Part shown: positions 9,770 to 19,024 of the stretch, one piece after another
Layout: each line of letters begins with the position of its first letter
Numbering within the stretch: position 1 is the first letter of the stretch
NCBI GenBank assembly: GCA_963724765.1
Contig: CAVRVY010000001.1
Location: 128,001 to 192,000, forward strand
Direction: 5' to 3'
From: an uncultured delta proteobacterium
Lineage (GTDB): Bacteria > Desulfobacterota > Binatia > Binatales > Binataceae
DNA length: 64,000 nt
Translations under genes and position numbers: made by a program
The notes under the pieces: generated by a model
Told to the model about the DNA's origin: nothing
Seen by the model: the letters and a program-made list of their open reading frames with translations, nothing else
Databases searched by the model: none

Positions 9770-10723
9770 CTAGCTGCCGGTCCTGAGCAGCACCTCGACT
9801 TGCCGGTCGCGCCTGAGCTGCGGATCGGAGAGCGCGCCAATCTGGATTCTCTGAGCTGGCACGCCAGCCTGAATCAGCGCGTCACGAACCGCTCCGGCAC
9901 GGCGCTGGTCGAGCTCCTGCTGCGCGGCGTTGCCACCGTTCGGCTGATTAGTTGAGCCGTCTATTCCGAGTTGGAGAGACGGGTTATTCGCCATGTATGC
10001 GGCGATCTCTGTGACAGTTGCCATTTCCCAGGACTGAACATTTGCCTGATCGTTGGCGAACGTGAAATCCCTGTAGGGGGTCCAGGTACCCACAATACCA
10101 ACCGCGCCCTGGACGCCGGTCGGTCCGACGGGACCTTGAGCGCCCCTGTCGCCAGCGGGGCCTGATTCACCAGCCCGGCCCGCCATTACGGAGCCCTCGG
10201 CGCCAGATTGCCCGGTGGCTCCTTGCGCGCCTGCGTAGCCAGAATCGCCAGCTGCGCCGGCAGGACCGACCAGAGTCGAGCCCTGCGATCCCTGTGCTCC
10301 TGTCATACCCTGCGCGCCGACGGAGCCGGCAGGACCAGTTGGCCCTGAAGGACCTACCGCGCTAGCGCCTTGAGCGCCCATCTCTCCGACCGCACCCTGC
10401 TCGCCGGCAGGACCGGCAGCGCCAGTCATTCCGCGAGCACCGGCCATAACCGCACCTGCGGGTCCTGGGGCGCCAATCGCGCCTTGCGGGCCCATCGGAC
10501 CGGTTGGGCCCTCATTGCCGGCAGGGCCTGCCATGACGTAGCCCGGAGCTCCGGTCGGTCCAACGGGACCTTGTGGACCGGCGGGACCGGCGGGGCCCTG
10601 ATAGCCTTGCGGCCCGACCAGGGTATTAGTCGCGACTACTGGCTCAGGCGGCGGTGGCGGTGCGGTGCTGCAACCCACGACGAACAGCATCGCGACAACG
10701 ACACAGCACATTGAACGTATCAT
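9770..10723 (-). CDS. Lipoprotein with Gly-X-Y repeat region and C-terminal OmpA-like peptidoglycan-binding domain
   Basis: Lipobox VVGC; residues 37-212 are G-X-Y repeats; C-terminal F.ND..., L..RRAGAVRDALIQAGVPAQRI, RQVEV. Confidence 0.85.
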   Translation of the reverse strand: MIRSMCCVVVAMLFVVGCSTAPPPPPEPVVATNTLVGPQGYQGPAGPAGPQGPVGPTGAPGYVMAGPAGNEGPTGPMGPQGAIGAPGPAGAVMAGARGMTGAAGPAGEQGAVGEMGAQGASAVGPSGPTGPAGSVGAQGMTGAQGSQGSTLVGPAGAAGDSGYAGAQGATGQSGAEGSVMAGRAGESGPAGDRGAQGPVGPTGVQGAVGIVGTWTPYRDFTFANDQANVQSWEMATVTEIAAYMANNPSLQLGIDGSTNQPNGGNAAQQELDQRRAGAVRDALIQAGVPAQRIQIGALSDPQLRRDRQVEVLLRTGS

Positions 10724-10847
10724 CTCGTTACCTCCATCTTGCGTCTCATCGAATTACTTAACCTCCCTCCTAACGCAGAAATGCAGGCACCTTACTTGCC
10801 TGCGAACCAAAGAATTCGCAGCGTCCCCGCCCGTCGAACGATTGGAC

Positions 10848-11213
10848 TCATTCTTGTCGTAGCGCTCCGGGCCCACTCGAAGGCTTTATAATGGCATTAC
10901 TGACTATTCCGCCAGCCAGAATACTCAGACCGGCGATCCCAAACGACTGCCACCATGGGAGCCATTGATGCAGCAGCAGAATCCAGGCGCACAGAATGCA
11001 GATCGCGCCGAAGACCATCGCGGTGATGATCGCCAGGCGCACCACGGCACGGTCTATTCGCGCTTCAATAGCCGTTTCCACGCTGGTTTGAAACATATGT
11101 ATCTCAGACCGAAGAATGCGCGATACATCGTCCAGTACCCTGTCCGTCAGAGTTGCCCAGTCCGTGTTGGCCGCCGACGCCGGATCAATCGTCAGAGGAT
11201 TTTTTTCCGCCAT
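10848..11213 (-). CDS. YqjE/phage-holin-superfamily membrane protein
   Basis: DDVSRILRSEI followed by two TM helices; typical DUF883 neighbour. Confidence 0.6.
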   Translation of the reverse strand: MAEKNPLTIDPASAANTDWATLTDRVLDDVSRILRSEIHMFQTSVETAIEARIDRAVVRLAIITAMVFGAICILCAWILLLHQWLPWWQSFGIAGLSILAGGIVSNAIIKPSSGPGALRQE

Positions 11214-11502
11214 TGCGCCCACCCCATTCGCCTGAAGCGCGTCGCGAGAGCGCGAAGCCCAGCAGGGCGGCGATCATGACTGGGCCGGTTGCCCGATTGT
11301 TGATGCTTGAGCCGAGGAGAAAGCCCAAGGCGCCCGCCATCAGGGAAACCCCAACAGGGTGGCTTTCGATAAGATGATCGGGACGCAAGTCACTTTCGGC
11401 GCGTTCGAGCTTCGCGTTGACCTCGGTCAAAGTGTCGCGAAGGTTCTGACGCGCCTCGTTTCGTTCAACGTCATTCTTGGAAATCTCTTCTTGGCTTGTC
11501 AT
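11185..11502 (-). CDS. DUF3618/YqjK-like protein
   Basis: EARQNLRDTLTEV...HP.G..L.AGALGFLLG. Confidence 0.55.
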   Translation of the reverse strand: MTSQEEISKNDVERNEARQNLRDTLTEVNAKLERAESDLRPDHLIESHPVGVSLMAGALGFLLGSSINNRATGPVMIAALLGFALSRRASGEWGGRNGGKKSSDD

Positions 11503-11779
11503 ATTCTTCACTGTGAGGGCTTGCGCCGTTCGAACTTCCGTTGTTGAGATGACTTCCGGTCGCCATTGCGGCTATAAAGCCGCTCGCAGCGCTCTGGATG
11601 GCAAGGCGGCCAAGGATTGCGAGTATTGCCAGACCAACACGGTTCTTGAAGCCTCCGCCAACGAGAAAACCTGCCGCAGCGGCAATTCCCAGTGACGTAA
11701 AGGGCGCGTCCCTGACGTACTCGTCCAGAGACTCGCGCCGGCCGTGAGGCGACTGTGCGCTATCGGCTGAAGTATCCAC
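11471..11779 (-). CDS. DUF883/ElaB-like membrane-anchored protein
   Basis: DEYVRDAPFTSLGIAAAAGFLVG; GTG start inferred. Confidence 0.6.
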   Translation of the reverse strand: MDTSADSAQSPHGRRESLDEYVRDAPFTSLGIAAAAGFLVGGGFKNRVGLAILAILGRLAIQSAASGFIAAMATGSHLNNGSSNGASPHSEEYDKPRRDFQE

Positions 11780-11793
11780 GAAACGGCATCCGC

Positions 11794-12033
11794 TCAGGAA
11801 ACACGTCTGACGAGACGCGCGGCGAAATAGCCGATCGCGAACGCGGCTGCGATGGCCAGCCATGGTTCGCGGCGAGCGAATTCACGAACATCGAAGTCGA
11901 GTCCCTTTTCCTCGACATATTGTCGTGCTGCCCCATAGCCGTCCTTGATTGCCTGGCTGGCCTTCTCGGCTGCCTGACGACCCTGATCCATCGTCTGGCG
12001 CATCGTGGAATTTGCGGCATCTTCAAATGTCAT
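11794..12033 (-). CDS. DUF883/YqjD/ElaB-like protein
   Basis: REFARREPWLAIAAAFAIGYFAARL C-terminal anchor; GAGG RBS. Confidence 0.7.
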   Translation of the reverse strand: MTFEDAANSTMRQTMDQGRQAAEKASQAIKDGYGAARQYVEEKGLDFDVREFARREPWLAIAAAFAIGYFAARLVRRVS

Positions 12034-12154
12034 CGTTGCTACCTCATAATGCGAAAGTTGGTACTAACTAAAAATGGCCCTTGTGCCATAGCGTGTCTTC
12101 GAGAGTGCATCTAAATACAATGGTTGAATAGTCTAGTGCTTGTTCTCAATATAT

Positions 12155-13220
12155 TTCGTTGGACAGATATCAACAGGGTGTCGCGAGCGAATCGGCGGAC
12201 ATCCAGGGAGGGGGCTCCCGGATGCCCGCCTGCTCACCGTTTGCCTTGCGGCGAACGTCGCTCGGCAAGCGGAAGAATTGTCACAATCAGCTTGAATTCC
12301 GTCACGGGTGAGCGGACTCCTCTTGGTCACTCCGATGCGCGCTCTCGAATACCTACTGTATTTCGATACGCGCGCCAGAGCCATCGGGCCACGATGTGAG
12401 TTGGTTACATGGAGCACCAAGCCCGTCGAACCGCAGGGTTGGGGCCGGCGGCGGTCTGTTACAGTAATGCTTATGCGCGCCGTGCGAGTGTCAGGGAGCC
12501 GAAGATTACGGGGACTCAGGAACATCTCCTGGCTCACCGCGCGCCAGCTGAACCGGCTGGCGGCGGCGCTGGCCATGAGCCGGGTGGCCAAGCGCGGGAT
12601 CATCTTCGACGAACAGCATGCGCCCGAATCGGCGTACGTCCTGCTCTCGGGGGTGGCGCGGATCACCTGCTGCAACCGCAAGGGCGATCGCACGCTGGTG
12701 ATAATGGTCGCGCCGGGGATGATCCCTGGTTTCCCGCCGCCGGTGTCCGGGATCAGCTATAGCTTCCGCTGCGAGGCGGTCACCGACTGCCAGATCGGAA
12801 CCGTGGCGCTGGGGACCTTCATTGAAATCGCGCTGGGGATCGCCTCGGCCGACTTCAAGCGCATGGCCGCCAGCTATTCGGGACGCTGGGACCTGGTGCA
12901 ATTGCGCTGCGCGAATTTCATGAGTTGCACGCTGGAGGAACGCGTGGCGCTGATTCTGCTGGAGCTGAGCGAGAACTTCGGCGTTCCCGATCGGCAGGGC
13001 GTGCGGCTGACCGTGCCGGCGCGGCACAAGGACCTGGCCGAACTGGTGGGCGCCTCCCGGCCGCGGGTGACCGAATATCTCGCGCTGCTCGAACGCGAGC
13101 ATCTGATTGTACGCGAGGGCCGTCAATTGATCGTCAAACGCGAGCGGCTGGAAAACTTTCTCGCCCACCGGCATTCGTCCGCCAGCCGCCGCCAGTTCGA
13201 AAACACCCTCGCGTCATAAC
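12155..13220 (+). repeat. 1,066-bp direct repeat, copy 1 (divergent promoter region + Crp gene)
   Basis: Matches 44175-45240 at offset 32,020; only two differences seen (12186/44206, 12199/44219). Confidence 0.95.
12467..13219 (+). CDS. Crp/Fnr-family transcriptional regulator (copy 1)
   Basis: cNMP-like beta-barrel region, LEERVALILLEL, HTH HKDLAELVGASRPRVTE; start uncertain. Confidence 0.88.
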   Translation: MLMRAVRVSGSRRLRGLRNISWLTARQLNRLAAALAMSRVAKRGIIFDEQHAPESAYVLLSGVARITCCNRKGDRTLVIMVAPGMIPGFPPPVSGISYSFRCEAVTDCQIGTVALGTFIEIALGIASADFKRMAASYSGRWDLVQLRCANFMSCTLEERVALILLELSENFGVPDRQGVRLTVPARHKDLAELVGASRPRVTEYLALLEREHLIVREGRQLIVKRERLENFLAHRHSSASRRQFENTLAS

Positions 13221-13283
13221 TTGTTCCGTGGCGGTTTGGCCTTTTGCAGGCCGCCGAGATAGTCCTTTATAAGACACGGCTTA

Positions 13284-13299
13284 TGTTCCATAGATAACA
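13284..13299. promoter_or_regulatory. Candidate Crp-family operator TGTTC-N6-TAACA
   Basis: About 63 bp upstream of the second Crp gene. Confidence 0.5.
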
Positions 13300-13361
13300 T
13301 TCCGTTTGCTTGATCACCGCGCAGGGGCATAGGGTCGTGACATGCTCTTTAAGGTGCAAAG

Positions 13362-14105
13362 TTGAATGGAACCCGAAATCCCCCAGACAGTGACCTCGAC
13401 AAACTGACCCGGCTCAAGGCTCTTTCATGGCTCTCGGTCGCGGAGCTGGGGGTGCTGGCGGGAGCGCTGGCGCTGACCAACTTCAAACGGCCGCAAATAA
13501 TTTTCCGTGAGGCCGCGCTTACCTCCGACGCGCATATCCTGTTGCAAGGCATCGCGCGCGTCACTTGTCAGAATGCCCGCGGCGAGCGGGTGACCATCGC
13601 CCTGCTGCCGCCGGGTCCGATCCCGGAGTTTCCGTCGTTGCAACTCAGGCGCTTCGATTTTCGCTGCGAAGCTTACAATGATTGCCGCATCGGCAGTCTG
13701 AGCTGGAGCAACTTCGAAGGTATCGCCGCGCATCGCTCGCAGTCGATGTTCAAGACCTTTCATCAGAACGATTTGCAGCAGTGCTACCGGCTGCTGCTGC
13801 GCAGTTCGAGCTTTCTCAACCTCGGGCTCCACGAACGCATCGGGATTACCCTGCTCGAACTGGCTTCCGACTTCGGAATCAGCGAGTCGCGCGGCGCCCT
13901 TTTGCGGGTCTCGTTCAGCCACCAGGACATTGCCGACCTGGTCGGCGCCTCGCGGCCCAGGGTCACCGAGCACCTGGCTCAAATGGAGCGCGAGCAGCTG
14001 GTCATTCGTCAAGGCCGCCAATTGATCGTCCGCGTGGATATGCTTGGAAACGCGATGAACGTTTCGCTACCGAGCGGGCCTAGCTCAATCAGCGCATCCA
14101 TCTAG
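13362..14105 (+). CDS. Crp/Fnr-family transcriptional regulator (paralogue)
   Basis: Same architecture; HQDIADLVGASRPRVTE. Confidence 0.88.
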   Translation: MNGTRNPPDSDLDKLTRLKALSWLSVAELGVLAGALALTNFKRPQIIFREAALTSDAHILLQGIARVTCQNARGERVTIALLPPGPIPEFPSLQLRRFDFRCEAYNDCRIGSLSWSNFEGIAAHRSQSMFKTFHQNDLQQCYRLLLRSSSFLNLGLHERIGITLLELASDFGISESRGALLRVSFSHQDIADLVGASRPRVTEHLAQMEREQLVIRQGRQLIVRVDMLGNAMNVSLPSGPSSISASI

Positions 14106-14360
14106 AAAGCAAGCGGCGCCCGTTCGGCGTCTGATTTCTCAGTGCGCCGGAGGCAAGGCCGCCCGCTCAGCGCCGAACGCATAGAGCGCCAGCCGGCCGA
14201 CACAATCGCATCGCTTTTCCGCCCGCTGCCAAAGATAATTGTCCGCAAACGCCGTTAAGGCTTTTGTGTTTCCGCACCCCCAGAGCCGTTCCGAGACTTT
14301 CCTGCTGATGCTCTCTCTCGCGCACATCCGGCGAAGGCTTTCGACTGCGCTCGGTGAAAT

Positions 14361-14397
14361 AAAAAAGCGGAGCGGAGCCGCGATGGCCCCGCTCCGC
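14361..14397 (-). terminator. Terminator of the ice-binding protein gene
   Basis: gcggagcggagcc/ggccccgctccgc hairpin with A6 on the + strand. Confidence 0.7.
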
Positions 14398-14418
14398 GTT
14401 CGCGCCGTTTTCCCGCCT

Positions 14419-16164
14419 CTACGGAGCGGGTCTCACGACGGTATTGTCGTCCATCGTAACCGCGCCTGTACCGGAGACGGCTCCTGCCAGCGCTCTGCCG
14501 TCCAGCACCGCGCCGCTCACCAGAGTGATTGACGTGTTCGACAGTATGTTTCCCGCAAAGTGACTACCCGTGCCAATGGTCGCTGAACTGCCAACCTGCC
14601 AGAATATCTGGGAAGGTTTGGCGCCGCCTGCGAGTGTAATCCCATAGCCGGATGACGTGGTCAGGGTGGAAGCGATCTGAAAGATAAAGACCGCATTCGG
14701 ATCGCCCTGGGCGTCGAGCGTGAGATTCCCGCCTCCCGATATCGCCGTCGACGTTCCGGACCGATAGAGGCCGGGGGTGAAGGTCAGCCCGCCAATATTT
14801 CCAACGGCCGGAGTAAAAGCCCCCGTTCGTCCCGCGGCGTCGTTATATGCGATGGCCAAGGCCGCCTCGCCGGCCTGAGCGGTGGTATTGTTCACGTCTA
14901 TTGTGCCGTCTACCATTCCTGGCGGGAAATTGGTCATTGAAGTGCCCGGCCACAAGCCGACATCTCCGGTAATCATGGTTGGCGTCGACGTGTTGCTGAT
15001 CCCGGCGGCGGCAAGAACCGCAAAATTGGCCGCGGCGCCAAGAGCTACCGTGCTCTGGCTCGCGCTCGTCCCTGTTGTAAACTGCCATTCATAGCTACCC
15101 GACGGTTGATTCCCCGCCAGTGCATTGTCATACAGATCACGGGCCTCGTTCGTAATCGAAGCGGTGTACAATGTATCGATCAGCAGATTGGCCCTGGGCA
15201 CGAAGGTCGCGATCGTCACGTTGTTTGTCGAGTCATAGAAATAGGTGACGGTTCCGGCCACGCTGGCGCCGCCTGGTCCAGTCAGAAAGAAATCCCCGGT
15301 AGTGATAGTCGCGTAGTTCATCGCTTCGCTGAAGGTCGCATTGACCTTCTGATTGATCGGCACAAGCGACGCATTATTGGCCGGGTTTGTGGAGGTCACG
15401 GTAGGTCGCACAATCGCCGCATCCGTTCCGGTGTCGAAACTCCATACATAGTTGCTAGCCAATGGGATGCTCGCGAGACTTTTAACTCCAGTGGTAATCG
15501 TGGCTATATAGTGAGTGCTCGGTTTGAGACCGTATGCGGGTCTGAAAGTCACAGAGCCGGAGGCGTAAGAGACCGTTCCAATTATCGCGGCACCGCCCGG
15601 TTTTGTCACCGTAAACCTTGTTGTGTCGAACGAACCGGGAGACATTTCCTCGCTAAACATCGCGATGATCAGCTGGTTGGTGGGAACATCTGTAGCGGCG
15701 TCGGCGGGATTTGTGAAAGTCACCGTAGGATGGCTCGTATCGCTGCTAACGCCGGTGGTAAAACTCCATACATACGGATGTCCCATCGCGACGCCTGCCA
15801 GGTCCGAGGCCTCCGGTTTGACTTCGGCAGTATACGTGGTATTAGGCAGCAAGCTCAAAGACGGCCTGAAAATTGCGGTTCTGCCATAGTAACTGACTTC
15901 TCCGCTAACCAGGGCGCCCCCGGGTTTTTGTAGAATCAAACATGCGCTCATCGACGGGATGGACATTTGCTGGCTGAAGGTCACTGTAACTGGCTGATTC
16001 AGGGTTACGCCCACGGCTCCATCAGCCGGGCTCGTCGCGGTCACCGTTGGCGTGACGGAAACCGGGCCTTCGATTTGCGAGTTACTAACTGCGGTCCATA
16101 CGCCTGAAAACGCGATCAGGATTATCGCGATGAACCACAGTTTAAGCGGTTCCTGTGTCTTCAT
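14419..16164 (-). CDS. Secreted ice-binding protein: three SbsA/Big_5 Ig-like domains + DUF3494
   Basis: Three PTV..T.PA...TFS..M...WSFTTG repeats; C-terminal FAVLA, LTLDAQGDPNAVFIFQI, IFWQVGSSAT, GRALA. Confidence 0.9.
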   Translation of the reverse strand: MKTQEPLKLWFIAIILIAFSGVWTAVSNSQIEGPVSVTPTVTATSPADGAVGVTLNQPVTVTFSQQMSIPSMSACLILQKPGGALVSGEVSYYGRTAIFRPSLSLLPNTTYTAEVKPEASDLAGVAMGHPYVWSFTTGVSSDTSHPTVTFTNPADAATDVPTNQLIIAMFSEEMSPGSFDTTRFTVTKPGGAAIIGTVSYASGSVTFRPAYGLKPSTHYIATITTGVKSLASIPLASNYVWSFDTGTDAAIVRPTVTSTNPANNASLVPINQKVNATFSEAMNYATITTGDFFLTGPGGASVAGTVTYFYDSTNNVTIATFVPRANLLIDTLYTASITNEARDLYDNALAGNQPSGSYEWQFTTGTSASQSTVALGAAANFAVLAAAGISNTSTPTMITGDVGLWPGTSMTNFPPGMVDGTIDVNNTTAQAGEAALAIAYNDAAGRTGAFTPAVGNIGGLTFTPGLYRSGTSTAISGGGNLTLDAQGDPNAVFIFQIASTLTTSSGYGITLAGGAKPSQIFWQVGSSATIGTGSHFAGNILSNTSITLVSGAVLDGRALAGAVSGTGAVTMDDNTVVRPAP

Positions 16165-16285
16165 GTGAATCTCTCTCCTCGTTAGTTGGTGCGACGCGTC
16201 GCCGCATAAATTGAAAAGGATAGCAAGTGGGATATCTACTCTATTCTGATGCGATCTTAGGGACTAGTCTGTCAGGAGGCGGAGT

Positions 16286-16301
16286 TGTCACAGGGAGAAC
16301 A
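16286..16301. promoter_or_regulatory. Candidate Crp-family operator TGTCA-N6-GAACA
   Basis: About 120 bp upstream of the ice-binding protein start. Confidence 0.5.
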
Positions 16302-16892
16302 AAAGGCGTCGAACCGGAGCGCTGCTTGTCCTGATGAGACTATTGACTATTGCTATGCGCGTTGTGCGAGCGTGGGGAATGCAAAGAGTACGGTCACTGA
16401 CTAATGGGAACGATAGAACACGGAGATATGGGGATAGTGACGCGAGCAGTGGAGGCTCGTTCGTTCAAGCGGCAATATATGGTCACTTTCCAGGTGTATG
16501 GCTGCTCGATGGGTCCGGGGCGGCGGCGATTTACAAGAGCCTGTGGGCAGCCGGCGTGTTAATCGAAGGCGGCGGGTGCGGGGTTTCTCGACTCGAGAAG
16601 GAAACTCGGCTGACATCGAGAAGATGCGCCCATGCGCTTTGCGGTCGGATCCAGTCGGGGTCGGTGACGCGGGTGCATTTTGACTTCAACAGAGCGAGCG
16701 ACCGTGAAGTTTGAGCAGTGGGCGCTCGATGAATCGGCCGGTACGCGCGAAGCGACTGAGCGCCACGATTTGGGTTAAGAGCTGCTGCGAGGCGAGGGGG
16801 GAGGGCAAGCCTATTGTGGGTTTAGGAGGTCGGGAATTCGTAAGAATTTGCTTATTATGAGGAGATCCGCGAGCCCGCTTCGCCGCTTCGAT

Positions 16893-16908
16893 TGTTCTTT
16901 GGGGAACA
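16893..16908. promoter_or_regulatory. Candidate Crp-family operator TGTTC-N6-GAACA
   Basis: Perfect arms, extendable to TTGTTC/GAACAA. Confidence 0.55.
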
Positions 16909-17121
16909 AATTTCGGGCCTACGCGTGACATTTCGTTCTGATCTTGCCATTACGAGTGTAAAATTGTCCTACCACGCAGGGCGCTGGCCGCTCCGGCCGT
17001 TTCCAAGGGCCGGCTGCAATCGAAGTTCTTACCCTCGCCTTAAGTGCGAACTCGCAAACGCGTGCAGCCCGGATGGCGTCGATGCCAGCGGCAGTTCGTA
17101 AAGGTACCAGTCGCTAATGTG

Positions 17122-17137
17122 TGTTACTTGAGTAACA
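17122..17137. promoter_or_regulatory. Candidate Crp-family operator TGTTA-N6-TAACA
   Basis: 7-bp perfect arms TGTTACT/AGTAACA, about 100 bp before the FAAL gene. Confidence 0.6.
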
Positions 17138-17238
17138 ATGGTAGTGTCTCGAGTCAGGGGCCGGCGCGAAGATTCGGCTTTTGAAAAAGGGACTTCCCAA
17201 CGAAAGCGGCACAGATAAATAGGAGTCCTGCTGATCGG

Positions 17239-19014
17239 GTGGTCGAGTTTTCCACCCTCGTCGAAGCCCTGAGCTGGCGCGCGCTGTGGCAGCCGGAGCA
17301 GCGGATTTACAATTATCTGCTCGATGGAGAAACAGAAGGCGAACACCTGACCTTTGCGGCTCTGGACCGGCAAGCGCGGGCGATTGGTGCGCTGCTGCAA
17401 AGCCATGTGGCAACTGGTGAGCGCGCCCTGTTGCTCTATCCAACGGGTCTCGAATTCATCGCCGGTTTTTTTGGTTGCCTATATGCCGGGGTGATTGCGG
17501 TCCCTGTGCCCCCACCCAATCCAGCCCAGCCGCAGCGAACGCTCCCCAGGCTTCTCGCCATCACTAACGACGCTCGACCGACGGCGGCGCTGACCACGTC
17601 ATCGATTCTGTCCAAGGTGGAGGGCTTGTTCACTCAAGCGCCAGAGCTGCAGACGATGCGCTGGTTGGCCACCGACAACGTTGCCGGTGATCCGGCTGAG
17701 GAATGGCAGGACCCTGCCGCGACCGGCAACAGCCTGGCTTTGCTCCAATACACCTCGGGTTCGACCACGACACCTCGAGGTGTGATGGTCAGCCACGCGA
17801 ACCTCATCCGGAACTCGGCGCATATCAGCCGAGTCTTCGAAGTCGCGGCGGATACCGTATCCGTGACCTGGCTGCCGGCCTTCCATGATATGGGCCTTGC
17901 CAACGGAATCATCCAACCACTGCTCCGGGGACGTCACTGTTACCTGATGCCGCCGCAGTCCTTTCTTCAGCGGCCGGTGCGATGGCTCCAGGCTATTTCG
18001 CGTTACAAGGCCGCCGTCAGTGGAGGCCCCAATTTCGCCTATGAACTATGCTCTCGCAGGGTCACTCCGGAACAACGCGAAACTCTGGACCTCGGCAGTT
18101 GGTATGCGGCTTACAACGGTGCTGAGCCGATCCGGGCGGACACTCTTAGCCGGTTTGTCGCGACCTTTGCACGATGTGGCTTCCGTCCGCGCTTCTTCTA
18201 TCCGTGTTATGGGCTCGCCGAAGCGACCCTGATTGTCTCGGGCGGACTTCTCCACGATGAGCCCATACTCTGCACGACCGAGGTGACGGCGCTCGAACAC
18301 AACCGCGTCGTGGAAGGCTGCGACCCGCTGCGCAATGTGCGGACCCTGGTAGGGTCTGGCGGCGCCATGTTCGGTACACGAATTGTCATCGTCGATCCGG
18401 AATCGTTGACCGCCTGTGCGCCGGATTCAGTGGGCGAAATCTGGGTTTCAGGCCCCACCGTCGCGCACGGCTATTGGAACCGGCCGCAAGAGACCGAGCG
18501 TACTTTCCAGGCCTGTCTGGCGGACACCGGCGAAGGGCCGTTCCTGCGCACCGGCGATTTAGGATTCTTAAAAGACGGCGAGTTGTTCGTCACCGGCCGC
18601 TTGAAGGACCTGATCATCATCGACGGCCGCAACTTCTACCCCCAGGATATTGAATTGACCGTGGAACAGAGCCATCCGGCGATGCGGCCGGGTTGTTGCG
18701 CGGCATTTTCGGTTGATTTCAACGAAGAACGGCTGATCGTCGCCGCGGAGGTTGAGCGTCGCTACCAGGCGGGCTTCCAGGAGAGCCAGGTCGGCCACAA
18801 CGGGACAGCGCGCGCCCATCCAAACGGACGTCCGCCGCTGGATGTCGAGGCGGTAGTGCGGGCCATCCGCCGGACAGTGGCGGAGGAGCACGACGTACGC
18901 GCGCACGCGGTGGTGCTGCTTCGGGCTGGAAGCATCCCGAGGACGCCCAGCGGCAAGGTCCAGCGCCGTGTCTGCAAGGCCAGTTTTCTGGACGGCACGC
19001 TGGACAAACTGTGA
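17239..19014 (+). CDS. Fatty acyl-AMP ligase (FAAL)
   Basis: LQYTSGST, WLPAFHDMGL, CYGLAEATL, FAAL-type insertion, LRTGDLG, PRTPSGK. Confidence 0.92.
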   Translation: MVEFSTLVEALSWRALWQPEQRIYNYLLDGETEGEHLTFAALDRQARAIGALLQSHVATGERALLLYPTGLEFIAGFFGCLYAGVIAVPVPPPNPAQPQRTLPRLLAITNDARPTAALTTSSILSKVEGLFTQAPELQTMRWLATDNVAGDPAEEWQDPAATGNSLALLQYTSGSTTTPRGVMVSHANLIRNSAHISRVFEVAADTVSVTWLPAFHDMGLANGIIQPLLRGRHCYLMPPQSFLQRPVRWLQAISRYKAAVSGGPNFAYELCSRRVTPEQRETLDLGSWYAAYNGAEPIRADTLSRFVATFARCGFRPRFFYPCYGLAEATLIVSGGLLHDEPILCTTEVTALEHNRVVEGCDPLRNVRTLVGSGGAMFGTRIVIVDPESLTACAPDSVGEIWVSGPTVAHGYWNRPQETERTFQACLADTGEGPFLRTGDLGFLKDGELFVTGRLKDLIIIDGRNFYPQDIELTVEQSHPAMRPGCCAAFSVDFNEERLIVAAEVERRYQAGFQESQVGHNGTARAHPNGRPPLDVEAVVRAIRRTVAEEHDVRAHAVVLLRAGSIPRTPSGKVQRRVCKASFLDGTLDKL

Positions 19015-19024
19015 GGGCTGATCG

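Noticed and set aside
10848-11213. Holin-like gene as prophage evidence
   Set aside because: No phage genes nearby; context is the DUF883/YqjE stress operon
12155-13220. Repeat as an insertion sequence forming a composite transposon
   Set aside because: Encodes a Crp regulator, with no transposase, terminal inverted repeats or target duplication seen
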